A DNA stretch of 64,000 bases from Auanema rhodensis. Lineage: Eukaryota; Animalia; Nematoda. Shown piece after piece: positions 1 to 11,000 of the stretch. How positions within the stretch are numbered: the first letter of the stretch is position 1; each line of letters begins with the position of its first letter. Both the position numbers and the translations under genes were made by a program. The notes under the pieces are model-generated. The model did not search any database. It was not told the origin of the DNA and saw only the letters and a program-made list of their open reading frames with translations. The stretch spans positions 22,630,001 through 22,694,000 of the forward strand of contig OZ059894.1 of assembly GCA_964057225.1 (NCBI GenBank), in the 5' to 3' direction.

Positions 1-34
1 CGTTTCTCAATGTAGTATATTGCATTCGATGCGG

Positions 35-85
35 ATTTTTAAGCTGCGTCGATCTGTGTTAGCAGATTTGCGCTAGCTTAAAAAT
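35..85. other. Dyad symmetry 1 of the monomer (first copy shown): 51-nt imperfect inverted repeat
   Basis: ATTTTTAAGCT (35-45) pairs with AGCTTAAAAAT (75-85), then GCG/CGC (46-48/71-73, one bulged T) and ATCTG/CAGAT (52-56/63-67) around a 6-nt loop. Confidence 0.85.
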
Positions 86-102
86 GCACCGAGATATCAA
101 CT

Positions 103-124
103 GATATAAGTTCACACTTATATC
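103..124. other. Dyad symmetry 2 of the monomer (first copy shown): 9-bp perfect stem, 4-nt loop
   Basis: GATATAAGT-tcac-ACTTATATC. Confidence 0.85.
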
Positions 125-274
125 TTCGATTTTCACCCTGAAGAATTAATTTTTTCGTTGAATAACATTGTCCATCGTCTTTGCCTTGAAAAAAGGAATC
201 TAAAAACATCTACTTTTTGCTAAATTATTTTGAAATTTCTCGAAAAAATTTTTGTCAAAATGTTTTTGGAAGCA

Positions 275-302
275 ATGTTGAGTGTACATGGAAACTCAAC
301 AT
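275..302. other. Dyad symmetry 3 of the monomer (first copy shown): 9-bp perfect stem, 10-nt loop
   Basis: ATGTTGAGT-gtacatggaa-ACTCAACAT. Confidence 0.85.
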
Positions 303-1053
303 ACACTAATGCATCATTTTTCAAACGATCATAACTAATTTTTGTATTAAGCGTTTCTCAATGTAGTATATTGCATTCGATGCGGATTTTTAAGCTGCGT
401 CGATCTGTGTTATCAGATTTACGCTAGCTTAAAAATGCACCGAGATATCAACTGATATAAGTTCACACTTATATCTTCGATTTTCACCCTGAAGAATTAA
501 TTTTTTCGTTGAATAACTTTGTCCATCGTCTTTGCCTTGAAAAAAGGAATCTAAAAACATCTACTTTTTGCTAAATTATTTTGAAATTTCTCGAAAAAAT
601 TTTTGTCAAAATGTTTTTGGAAGCAATGTTGAGTGTACATGGAAACTCAACATACACTAATGCATCATTTTTCAAACGATCATAACTAATCTTTGTATTA
701 AGCGTTTCTCAATGTAGTATAGTGCATTCGATGCGGATTTTTAAGCTGCGTCGATCTGTGTTATCAGATTTACGCTAGCTTAAAAATGCACCGAGATATC
801 AACTGATATAAGTTCACACTTATATCTTCGATTTTCACCCTGAAGAATTAATTTTTTCGTTGAATAACTTTGTCCATCGTCTTTGCCTTGAAAAAAGGAA
901 TCTAAAAACATCTACTTTTTGCTAAATTATTTTGAAATTTCTCGAAAAAATTTTTGTCAAAATGTTTTTGGAAGCAATGTTGAGTGTACATGGAAACTCA
1001 ACATACACTAATGCATCATTTTTCAAACGATCATAACTAATTTTTGTATTGAG

Positions 1054-4000
1054 CGTTTCTCAATGTAGTATAGTGCATTCGATGCGGATTTTTAAGCTGC
1101 GTCGATCTGTGTTATCAGATTTGCGCTAGCTTAAAAATGCACCGAGATATCAACTGATATAAGTTCACACTTATATCTTCGATTTTCACCCTGAAGAATT
1201 AATTTTTTCGTTGAATAACATTGTCCATCGTCTTTGCCTTGAAAAAAGGAATCTAAAAACATCTACTTTTTGCTAAATTATTTTGAAATTTCTCGAAAAA
1301 ATTTTTGTCAAAATGTTTTTGGAAGCAATGTTGAGTGTACATGGAAACTCAACATACACTAATGCATCATTTTTCAAACGATCATAACTAATCTTTGTAT
1401 TAAGCGTTTCTCAATGTAGTATAGTGCATTCGATGCGGATTTTTAAGCTGCGTCGATCTGTGTTATCAGATTTGCGCTAGCTTAAAAATGCACCGAGATA
1501 TCAACTGATATAAGTTCACACATATATCTTCGATTTTCACCCTGAAGAATTAATTTTTTCGTTGAATAACATTGTCCATCGTCTTTGCCTTGAAAAATGG
1601 AATCTAAAAACATCTACTTTTTGCTAAATTATTTTGAAATTTTTCGAAAAAATTTTTGTCAAAATGTTTTTGGAAGCAATGTTGAGTGTACATGGAAACT
1701 CAACATACACTAATGCATCATTTTTCAAACGATCATAACTAATTTTTGTATTAAGCGTTTCTCAATGTAGTATAGTGCATTCGATGCGGATTTTTAAGCT
1801 GCGTCGATCTGTGTTATCAGATTTGCGCTAGCTTAAAAATGCACCGAGATATCAACTGATATAAGTTCACACTTATATCCTCGATTTTCACCCTGAAGAA
1901 TTAATTTTTTCGTTGAATAACATTGTCCATCGTCTTTGCCTTGAAAAATGGAATCTAAAAACATCTACTTTTTGCTAAATTATTTTGAAATTTTTCGAAA
2001 AAATTTTTGTCAAAATGTTTTTGGAAGCAATGTTGAGTGTACATGGAAACTCAACATACACTAATGCATCATTTTTCAAACGATCATAACTAATTTTTGT
2101 ATTAAGCGTTTCTCAATGTAGTATAGTGCATTCGATGCGGATTTTTAAGCTGCGTCGATCTGTGTTATCAGATTTGCGCTAGCTTAAAAATGCACCGAGA
2201 TATCAACTGATATAAGTTCACACTTATATCCTCGATTTTCACCCTGAAGAATTAATTTTTTCGTTGAATAACATTGTCCATCGTCTTTGCCTTGAAAAAA
2301 ACGAATCTAAAAACATCTACTTTTTGCTAAATTATTTTGAAATTTCTCGAAAAAATTTTTGTCAAAATGTTTTTGGAAGCAATGTTGAGTGTACATGGAA
2401 ACTCAACATACACTAATGCATCATTTTTCAAACGATCATAACTAATTTTTGTATTGAGCGTTTCTCAATGTAGTATAGTGCATTCGATGCGGATTTTTAA
2501 GCTGCGTCGATCTGTGTTATCAGATTTGCGCTAGCTTAAAAATGCACCGAGATATCAACTGATATAAGTTCACACTTATATCTTCGATTTTCACCCTGAA
2601 GAATTAATTTTTTCGTTGAATAACATTGTCCATCGTCTTTGCCTTGAAAAAAGGAATCTAAAAACATCTACTTTTTGCTAAATTATTTTGAAATTTCTCG
2701 AAAAAATTTTTGTCAAAATGTTTTTGGAAGCAATGTTGAGTGTACATGGAAACTCAACATACACTAATGCATCATTTTTCAAACGATCATAACTAATCTT
2801 TGTATTAAGCGTTTCTCAATGTAGTATAGTGCATTCGATGCGGATTTTTAAGCTGCGTCGATCTGTGTTATCAGATTTACTCTAGCTTAAAAATGCACCG
2901 AGATATCAACTGATATAAGTTCACACTTATATCTTCGATTTTCACCCTGAAGAATTAATTTTTTCGTTGAATAACTTTGTCCATCGTCTTTGCCTTGAAA
3001 AAAGGAATCTAAAAACATCTACTTTTTGCTAAATTATTTTGAAATTTCTCGAAAAAATTTTTGTCAAAATGTTTTTGGAAGCAATGTTGAGTGTACATGG
3101 AAACTCAACATACACTAATGCATCATTTTTCAAACGATCATAACTAATTTTTGTATTGAGCGTTTCTCAATGTAGTATAGTGCATTCGATGCGGATTTTT
3201 AAGCTGCGTCGATCTGTGTTATCAGATTTGCGCTAGCTTAAAAATGCACCGAGATATCAACTGATATAAGTTCACACATATATCTTCGATTTTCACCCTG
3301 AAGAATTAATTTTTTCGTTGAATAACATTGTCCATCGTCTTTGCCTTGAAAAAAGGAATCTAAAAACATCTACTTTTTGCTAAATTATTTTGAAATTTCT
3401 CGAAAAAATTTTTGTCAAAATGTTTTTGGAAGCAATGTTGAGTGTACATGGAAACTCAACATACACTAATGCATCATTTTTCAAACGATCATAACTAATC
3501 TTTGTATTAAGCGTTTCTCAATGTAGTATAGTGCATTCGATGCGGATTTTTAAGCTGCGTCGATCTGTGTTATCAGATTTGCGCTAGCTTAAAAATGCAC
3601 CGAGATATCAACTGATATAAGTTCACACTTATATCCTCGATTTTCACCCTGAAGAATTAATTTTTTCGTTGAATAACATTGTCCATCGTCTTTGCCTTGA
3701 AAAAAGGAATCTAAAAACATCTACTTTTTGCTAAATTATTTTGAAATTTCTCGAAAAAATTTTTGTCAAAATGTTTTTGGAAGCAATGTTGAGTGTACAT
3801 GGAAACTCAACATACACTAATGCATCATTTTTCAAACGATCATAACTAATTTTTGTATTAAGCGTTTCTCAATGTAGTATATTGCATTCGATGCGGATTT
3901 TTAAGCTGCGTCGATCTGTGTTAGCAGATTTGCGCTAGCTTAAAAATGCACCGAGATATCAACTGATATAAGTTCACACTTATATCTTCGATTTTCACCC

Positions 4001-7000
4001 TGAAGAATTAATTTTTTCGTTGAATAACTTTGTCCATCGTCTTTGCCTTGAAAAAAGGAATCTAAAAACATCTACTTTTTGCTAAATTATTTTGAAATTT
4101 CTCGAAAAAATTTTTGTCAAAATGTTTTTGGAAGCAATGTTGAGTGTACATGGAAACTCAACATACACTAATGCATCATTTTTCAAACGATCATAACTAA
4201 TTTTTGTATTGAGCGTTTCTCAATGTAGTATAGTGCATTCGATGCGGATTTTTAAGCTGCGTCGATCTGTGTTATCAGATTTGCGCTAGCTTAAAAATGC
4301 ACCGAGATATCAACTGATATAAGTTCACACTTATATCTTCGATTTTCACCCTGAAGAATTAATTTTTTCGTTGAATAACATTGTCCATCGTCTTTGCCTT
4401 GAAAAAAGGAATCTAAAAACATCTACTTTTTGCTAAATTATTTTGAAATTTCTCGAAAAAATTTTTGTCAAAATGTTTTTGGAAGCAATGTTGAGTGTAC
4501 ATGGAAACTCAACATACACTAATGCATCATTTTTCAAACGATCATAACTAATCTTTGTATTAAGCGTTTCTCAATGTAGTATAGTGCATTCGATGCGGAT
4601 TTTTAAGCTGCGTCGATCTGTGTTATCAGATTTGCGCTAGCTTAAAAATGCACCGAGATATCAACTGATATAAGTTCACACATATATCTTCGATTTTCAC
4701 CCTGAAGAATTAATTTTTTCGTTGAATAACATTGTCCATCGTCTTTGCCTTGAAAAATGGAATCTAAAAACATCTACTTTTTGCTAAATTATTTTGAAAT
4801 TTTTCGAAAAAATTTTTGTCAAAATGTTTTTGGAAGCAATGTTGAGTGTACATGGAAACTCAACATACACTAATGCATCATTTTTCAAACGATCATAACT
4901 AATTTTTGTATTAAGCGTTTCTCAATGTAGTATAGTGCATTCGATGCGGATTTTTAAGCTGCGTCGATCTGTGTTATCAGATTTGCGCTAGCTTAAAAAT
5001 GCACCGAGATATCAACTGATATAAGTTCACACTTATATCCTCGATTTTCACCCTGAAGAATTAATTTTTTCGTTGAATAACATTGTCCATCGTCTTTGCC
5101 TTGAAAAATGGAATCTAAAAACATCTACTTTTTGCTAAATTATTTTGAAATTTTTCGAAAAAATTTTTGTCAAAATGTTTTTGGAAGCAATGTTGAGTGT
5201 ACATGGAAACTCAACATACACTAATGCATCATTTTTCAAACGATCATAACTAATTTTTGTATTAAGCGTTTCTCAATGTAGTATAGTGCATTCGATGCGG
5301 ATTTTTAAGCTGCGTCGATCTGTGTTATCAGATTTGCGCTAGCTTAAAAATGCACCGAGATATCAACTGATATAAGTTCACACTTATATCCTCGATTTTC
5401 ACCCTGAAGAATTAATTTTTTCGTTGAATAACATTGTCCATCGTCTTTGCCTTGAAAAAAACGAATCTAAAAACATCTACTTTTTGCTAAATTATTTTGA
5501 AATTTCTCGAAAAAATTTTTGTCAAAATGTTTTTGGAAGCAATGTTGAGTGTACATGGAAACTCAACATACACTAATGCATCATTTTTCAAACGATCATA
5601 ACTAATTTTTGTATTGAGCGTTTCTCAATGTAGTATAGTGCATTCGATGCGGATTTTTAAGCTGCGTCGATCTGTGTTATCAGATTTGCGCTAGCTTAAA
5701 AATGCACCGAGATATCAACTGATATAAGTTCACACTTATATCTTCGATTTTCACCCTGAAGAATTAATTTTTTCGTTGAATAACATTGTCCATCGTCTTT
5801 GCCTTGAAAAAAGGAATCTAAAAACATCTACTTTTTGCTAAATTATTTTGAAATTTCTCGAAAAAATTTTTGTCAAAATGTTTTTGGAAGCAATGTTGAG
5901 TGTACATGGAAACTCAACATACACTAATGCATCATTTTTCAAACGATCATAACTAATCTTTGTATTAAGCGTTTCTCAATGTAGTATAGTGCATTCGATG
6001 CGGATTTTTAAGCTGCGTCGATCTGTGTTATCAGATTTACTCTAGCTTAAAAATGCACCGAGATATCAACTGATATAAGTTCACACTTATATCTTCGATT
6101 TTCACCCTGAAGAATTAATTTTTTCGTTGAATAACTTTGTCCATCGTCTTTGCCTTGAAAAAAGGAATCTAAAAACATCTACTTTTTGCTAAATTATTTT
6201 GAAATTTCTCGAAAAAATTTTTGTCAAAATGTTTTTGGAAGCAATGTTGAGTGTACATGGAAACTCAACATACACTAATGCATCATTTTTCAAACGATCA
6301 TAACTAATTTTTGTATTGAGCGTTTCTCAATGTAGTATAGTGCATTCGATGCGGATTTTTAAGCTGCGTCGATCTGTGTTATCAGATTTGCGCTAGCTTA
6401 AAAATGCACCGAGATATCAACTGATATAAGTTCACACATATATCTTCGATTTTCACCCTGAAGAATTAATTTTTTCGTTGAATAACATTGTCCATCGTCT
6501 TTGCCTTGAAAAAAGGAATCTAAAAACATCTACTTTTTGCTAAATTATTTTGAAATTTCTCGAAAAAATTTTTGTCAAAATGTTTTTGGAAGCAATGTTG
6601 AGTGTACATGGAAACTCAACATACACTAATGCATCATTTTTCAAACGATCATAACTAATCTTTGTATTAAGCGTTTCTCAATGTAGTATAGTGCATTCGA
6701 TGCGGATTTTTAAGCTGCGTCGATCTGTGTTATCAGATTTGCGCTAGCTTAAAAATGCACCGAGATATCAACTGATATAAGTTCACACTTATATCCTCGA
6801 TTTTCACCCTGAAGAATTAATTTTTTCGTTGAATAACATTGTCCATCGTCTTTGCCTTGAAAAAAGGAATCTAAAAACATCTACTTTTTGCTAAATTATT
6901 TTGAAATTTCTCGAAAAAATTTTTGTCAAAATGTTTTTGGAAGCAATGTTGAGTGTACATGGAAACTCAACATACACTAATGCATCATTTTTCAAACGAT

Positions 7001-7022
7001 CATAACTAATCTTTGTATTAAG
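1054..7022 (+). repeat. Higher-order duplication with a 9-monomer period (3160 bp)
   Basis: The variant order of monomers 4-11 (1054-3862) is repeated in monomers 13-20 (4214-7022): ACGAATC at 2301 and 5461, TTTACTCT at ~2877 and ~6037, and CACATA/AAAATGG monomers at the same 3160-bp offset. Confidence 0.9.
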
Positions 7023-8060
7023 CGTTTCTCAATGTAGTATAGTGCATTCGATGCGGATTTTTCAGCTGCGTCGATCTGTGTTATCAGATTTACTCTAGCT
7101 TAAAAATGCACCGAGATATCAACTGATATAAGTTCACACTTATATCTTCGATTTTCACCCTGAAGAATTAATTTTTTCGTTGAATAACTTTGTCCATCGT
7201 CTTTGCCTTGAAAAAAGGAATCTAAAAACATCTACTTTTTGCTAAATTATTTTGAAATTTCTCGAAAAAATTTTTGTCAAAATGTTTTTGGAAGCAATGT
7301 TGAGTGTACATGGAAACTCAACATACACTAATGCATCATTTTTCAAACGATCATAACTAATTTTTGTATTGAGCGTTTCTCAATGTAGTATAGTGCATTC
7401 GATGCGGATTTTTAAGCTGCGTCGATCTGTGTTATCAGATTTGCGCTAGCTTAAAAATGCACCGAGATATCAACTGATATAAGTTCACACATATATCTTC
7501 GATTTTCACCCTGAAGAATTAATTTTTTCGTTGAATAACATTGTCCATCGTCTTTGCCTTGAAAAAAGGAATCTAAAAACATCTACTTTTTGCTAAATTA
7601 TTTTGAAATTTCTCGAAAAAATTTTTGTCAAAATGTTTTTGGAAGCAATGTTGAGTGTACATGGAAACTCAACATACACTAATGCATCATTTTTCAAACG
7701 ATCATAACTAATTTTTGTATTAAGCGTTTCTCAATGTAGTATAGTGCATTCGATGCGGATTTTTAAGCTGCGTCGATCTGTGTTATCAGATTTGCGCTAG
7801 CTTAAAAATGCACCGAGATATCAACTGATATAAGTTCACACTTATATCCTCGATTTTCACCCTGAAGAATTAATTTTTTCGTTGAATAACATTGTCCATC
7901 GTCTTTGCCTTGAAAAATGGAATCTAAAAACATCTACTTTTTGCTAAATTATTTTGAAATTTTTCGAAAAAATTTTTGTCAAAATGTTTTTGGAAGCAAT
8001 GTTGAGTGTACATGGAAACTCAACATACACTAATGCATCATTTTTCGAACGATCATAACT

Positions 8061-8098
8061 AAAAAAAATGGAATCTAAAAACATCTACTTTTCGCTAA
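8061..8098. other. Inversion (strand-switch) junction with a ~36-bp satellite-derived insert
   Basis: Reads ...GATCATAACTAA | AAAAAATGGAATCTAAAAACATCTACTTTTCGCTAA | GACGATGG... The middle piece matches monomer positions ~189-223 in orientation A (AAAAATGGAATCTAAAAACATCTACTTTTTGCTAA) with one T>C change, out of register with the left arm. Confidence 0.95.
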
Positions 8099-11000
8099 GA
8101 CGATGGACAATGTTATTCAACGAAAAAATTAATTCTTCAGGGTGAAAATCGAGGATATAAGTGTGAACTTATATCAGTTGATATCTCGGTGCATTTTTAA
8201 GCTAGCGCAAATCTGATAACACAGATCGACGCAGCTTAAAAATCCGCATCGAATGCACTATACTACATTGAGAAACGCTTAATACAAAAATTAGTTATGA
8301 TCGTTTGAAAAATGATGCATTAGTGTATGTTGAGTTTCCATGTACACTCAACATTGCTTCCAAAAACATTTTGACAAAAATTTTTTCGAAAAATTTCAGA
8401 ATAATTTAGCAAAAAGTAGATGTTTTTAGATTCCATTTTTCAAGGCAAAGACGATGGACAATGTTATTCAACGAAAAAATTAATTCTTCAGGGTGAAAAT
8501 CGAGGATATAAGTGTGAACTTATATCAGTTGATATCTCGGTGCATTTTTAAGCTAGCGCAAATCTGATAACACAGATCGACGCAGCTTAAAAATCCGCAT
8601 CGAATGCATTATACTACATTGAGAAACGCTTAATACAAAAATTAGTTATGATCGTTTGAAAAATGATGCATTAGTGTATGTTGAGTTTCCATGTACACTC
8701 AACATTGCTTCCAAAAACATTTTGACAAAAATTTTTTCGAGAAATTTCAAAATAATTTAGCAAAAAGTAGATGTTTTTAGATTCCTTTTTTCAAGGCAAA
8801 GACGATGGACAATGTTATTCAACGAAAAAATTAATTCTTCAGGGTGAAAATCGAAGATATAAGTGTGAACTTATATCAGTTGATATCTCGGTGCATTTTT
8901 AAGCTAGCGCAAATCTGATAACACAGATCGACGCAGCTTAAAAATCCGCATCGAATGCACTATACTACATTGAGAAACGCTTAATACAAAAATTAGTTAT
9001 GATCGTTTGAAAAATGATGCATTAGTGTATGTTGAGTTTCCATGTACACTCAACATTGCTTCCAAAAACATTTTGACAAAAATTTTTTCGAGAAATTTCA
9101 AAATAATTTAGCAAAAAGTAGATGTTTTTAGATTCCTTTTTTCAAGGCAAAGACGATGGACAAAGTTATTCAACGAAAAAATTAATTCTTCAGGGTGAAA
9201 ATCGAAGATATAAGTGTGAACTTATATCAGTTGATATCTCGGTGCATTTTTAAGCTAGCGTAAATCTGATAATACAGATCGACGCAGCTTAAAAATCCGC
9301 ATCGAATGCACTATACTACATTGAGAAAAGCTTAATACAAAAATTAGTTATGATCGTTTGAAAAATGATGCATTAGTGTATGTTGAGTTTCCATGTACAC
9401 TCAACATTGCTTCCAAAAACATTTTGACAAAAATTTTTTCGAAAAATTTCAAAATAATTTAGCAAAAAGTAGATGTTTTTAGATTCCATTTTTCAAGGCA
9501 AAGACGATGGACAATGTTATTCAACGAAAAAATTAATTCTTCAGGGTGAAAATCGAGGATATAAGTGTGAACTTATATCAGTTGATATCTCGGTGCATTT
9601 TTAAGCTAGCGCAAATCTGATAACACAGATCGACGCAGCTTAAAAATCCGCATCGAATGCACTATACTACATTGAGAAACGCTTAATACAAAAATTAGTT
9701 ATGATCGTTTGAAAAATGATGCATTAGTGTATGTTGAGTTTCCATGTACACTCAACATTGCTTCCAAAAACATTTTGACAAAAATTTTTTCGAGAAATTT
9801 CAAAATAATTTAGCAAAAAGTAGATGTTTTTAGATTCCTTTTTTCAAGGCAAAGACGATGGACAATGTTATTCAACGAAAAAATTAATTCTTCAGGGTGA
9901 AAATCGAAGATATAAGTGTGAACTTATATCAGTTGATATCTCGGTGCATTTTTAAGCTAGCGCAAATCTGATAACACAGATCGACGCAGCTTAAAAATCC
10001 GCATCGAATGCACTATACTACATTGAGAAACGCTTAATACAAAAATTAGTTATGATCGTTTGAAAAATGATGCATTAGTGTATGTTGAGTTTCCATGTAC
10101 ACTCAACATTGCTTCCAAAAACATTTTGACAAAAATTTTTTCGAGAAATTTCAAAATAATTTAGCAAAAAGTAGATGTTTTTAGATTCTTTTTTTCAAGG
10201 CAAAGACGATGGACAATGTTATTCAACGAAAAAATTAATTCTTCAGGGTGAAAATCGAAGATAGAAGTGTGAACTTATATCAGTTGATATCTCGGTGCAT
10301 TTTTAAGCTAGCGTAAATCTGATAACACAGATCGACGCAGCTTAAAAATCCGCATCGAATGCAATATACTACATTGAGAAACGCTTAATACAAAAATTAG
10401 TTATGATCGTTTGAAAAATGATGCATTAGTGTATGTTGAGTTTCCATGTACACTCAACATTGCTTCCAAAAACATTTTGACAAAAATTTTTTCGAGAAAT
10501 TTCAAAATAATTTAGCAAAAAGTAGATGTTTTTAGATTCCTTTTTTCAAGGCAAAGACGATGGACAATGTTATTCAACGAAAAAATTAATTCTTCAGGGT
10601 GAAAATCGAAGATAGAAGTGTGAACTTATATCAGTTGATATCTCGGTGCATTTTTAAGCTAGCGTAAATCTGATAACACAGATCGACGCAGCTTAAAAAT
10701 CCGCATCGAATGCAATATACTACATTGAGAAACGCTTAATACAAAAATTAGTTATGATCGTTTGAAAAATGATGCATTAGTGTATGTTGAGTTTCCATGT
10801 ACACTCAACATTGCTTCCAAAAACATTTTGACAAAAATTTTTTCGAGAAATTTCAAAATAATTTAGCAAAAAGTAGATGTTTTTAGATTCCTTTTTTCAA
10901 GGCAAAGACGATGGACAATGTTATTCAACGAAAAAATTAATTCTTCAGGGTGAAAATCGAGGATATAAGTGTGAACTTATATCAGTTGATATCTCGGTGC

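Larger units (their letters stand above)
1..8062 (+). repeat. 351-bp satellite tandem array, orientation A (~23 monomers, last one truncated; probably continues beyond the left edge)
   Basis: CGTTTCTCAATG recurs at 1, 352, 703, 1054 ... 7725 (period 351). Two monomers are 352 bp (AAAAAAACGAATC variant at ~2301 and ~5461). The last monomer starts at 7725 and stops at ...GATCATAACTAA 8062. The strand label is arbitrary and only marks relative orientation. Confidence 0.98.

Noticed and set aside
153-169. CENP-B box-like motif (TTTCGTTGAATAACATT)
   Set aside because: It matches only the TTCGTTG half of the canonical box; the essential CGGG half is missing.
35-302. Monomer as tandem tRNA, 5S rRNA, snRNA gene or MITE
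   Set aside because: I see no cloverleaf, Pol III A/B boxes or recognisable 5S/snRNA sequence, and no terminal inverted repeats with target-site duplications bounding a unit. The hairpins are internal and short. An Rfam/Dfam search would be the formal test.
1-351. Assignment to a named ~350-360-bp insect satellite family (e.g. Drosophila 1.688 or tenebrionid beetle satellites)
   Set aside because: Only length and AT-richness are similar. I do not recognise sequence identity and cannot run a database search.
8062-8098. Fold-back chimeric read artefact or site-specific invertible switch
   Set aside because: The SNP patterns of the two arms are not mirror images, unlike a fold-back artefact. 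There is no recombinase gene or defined recombination site, and the junction has a templated insert rather than a conservative crossover.
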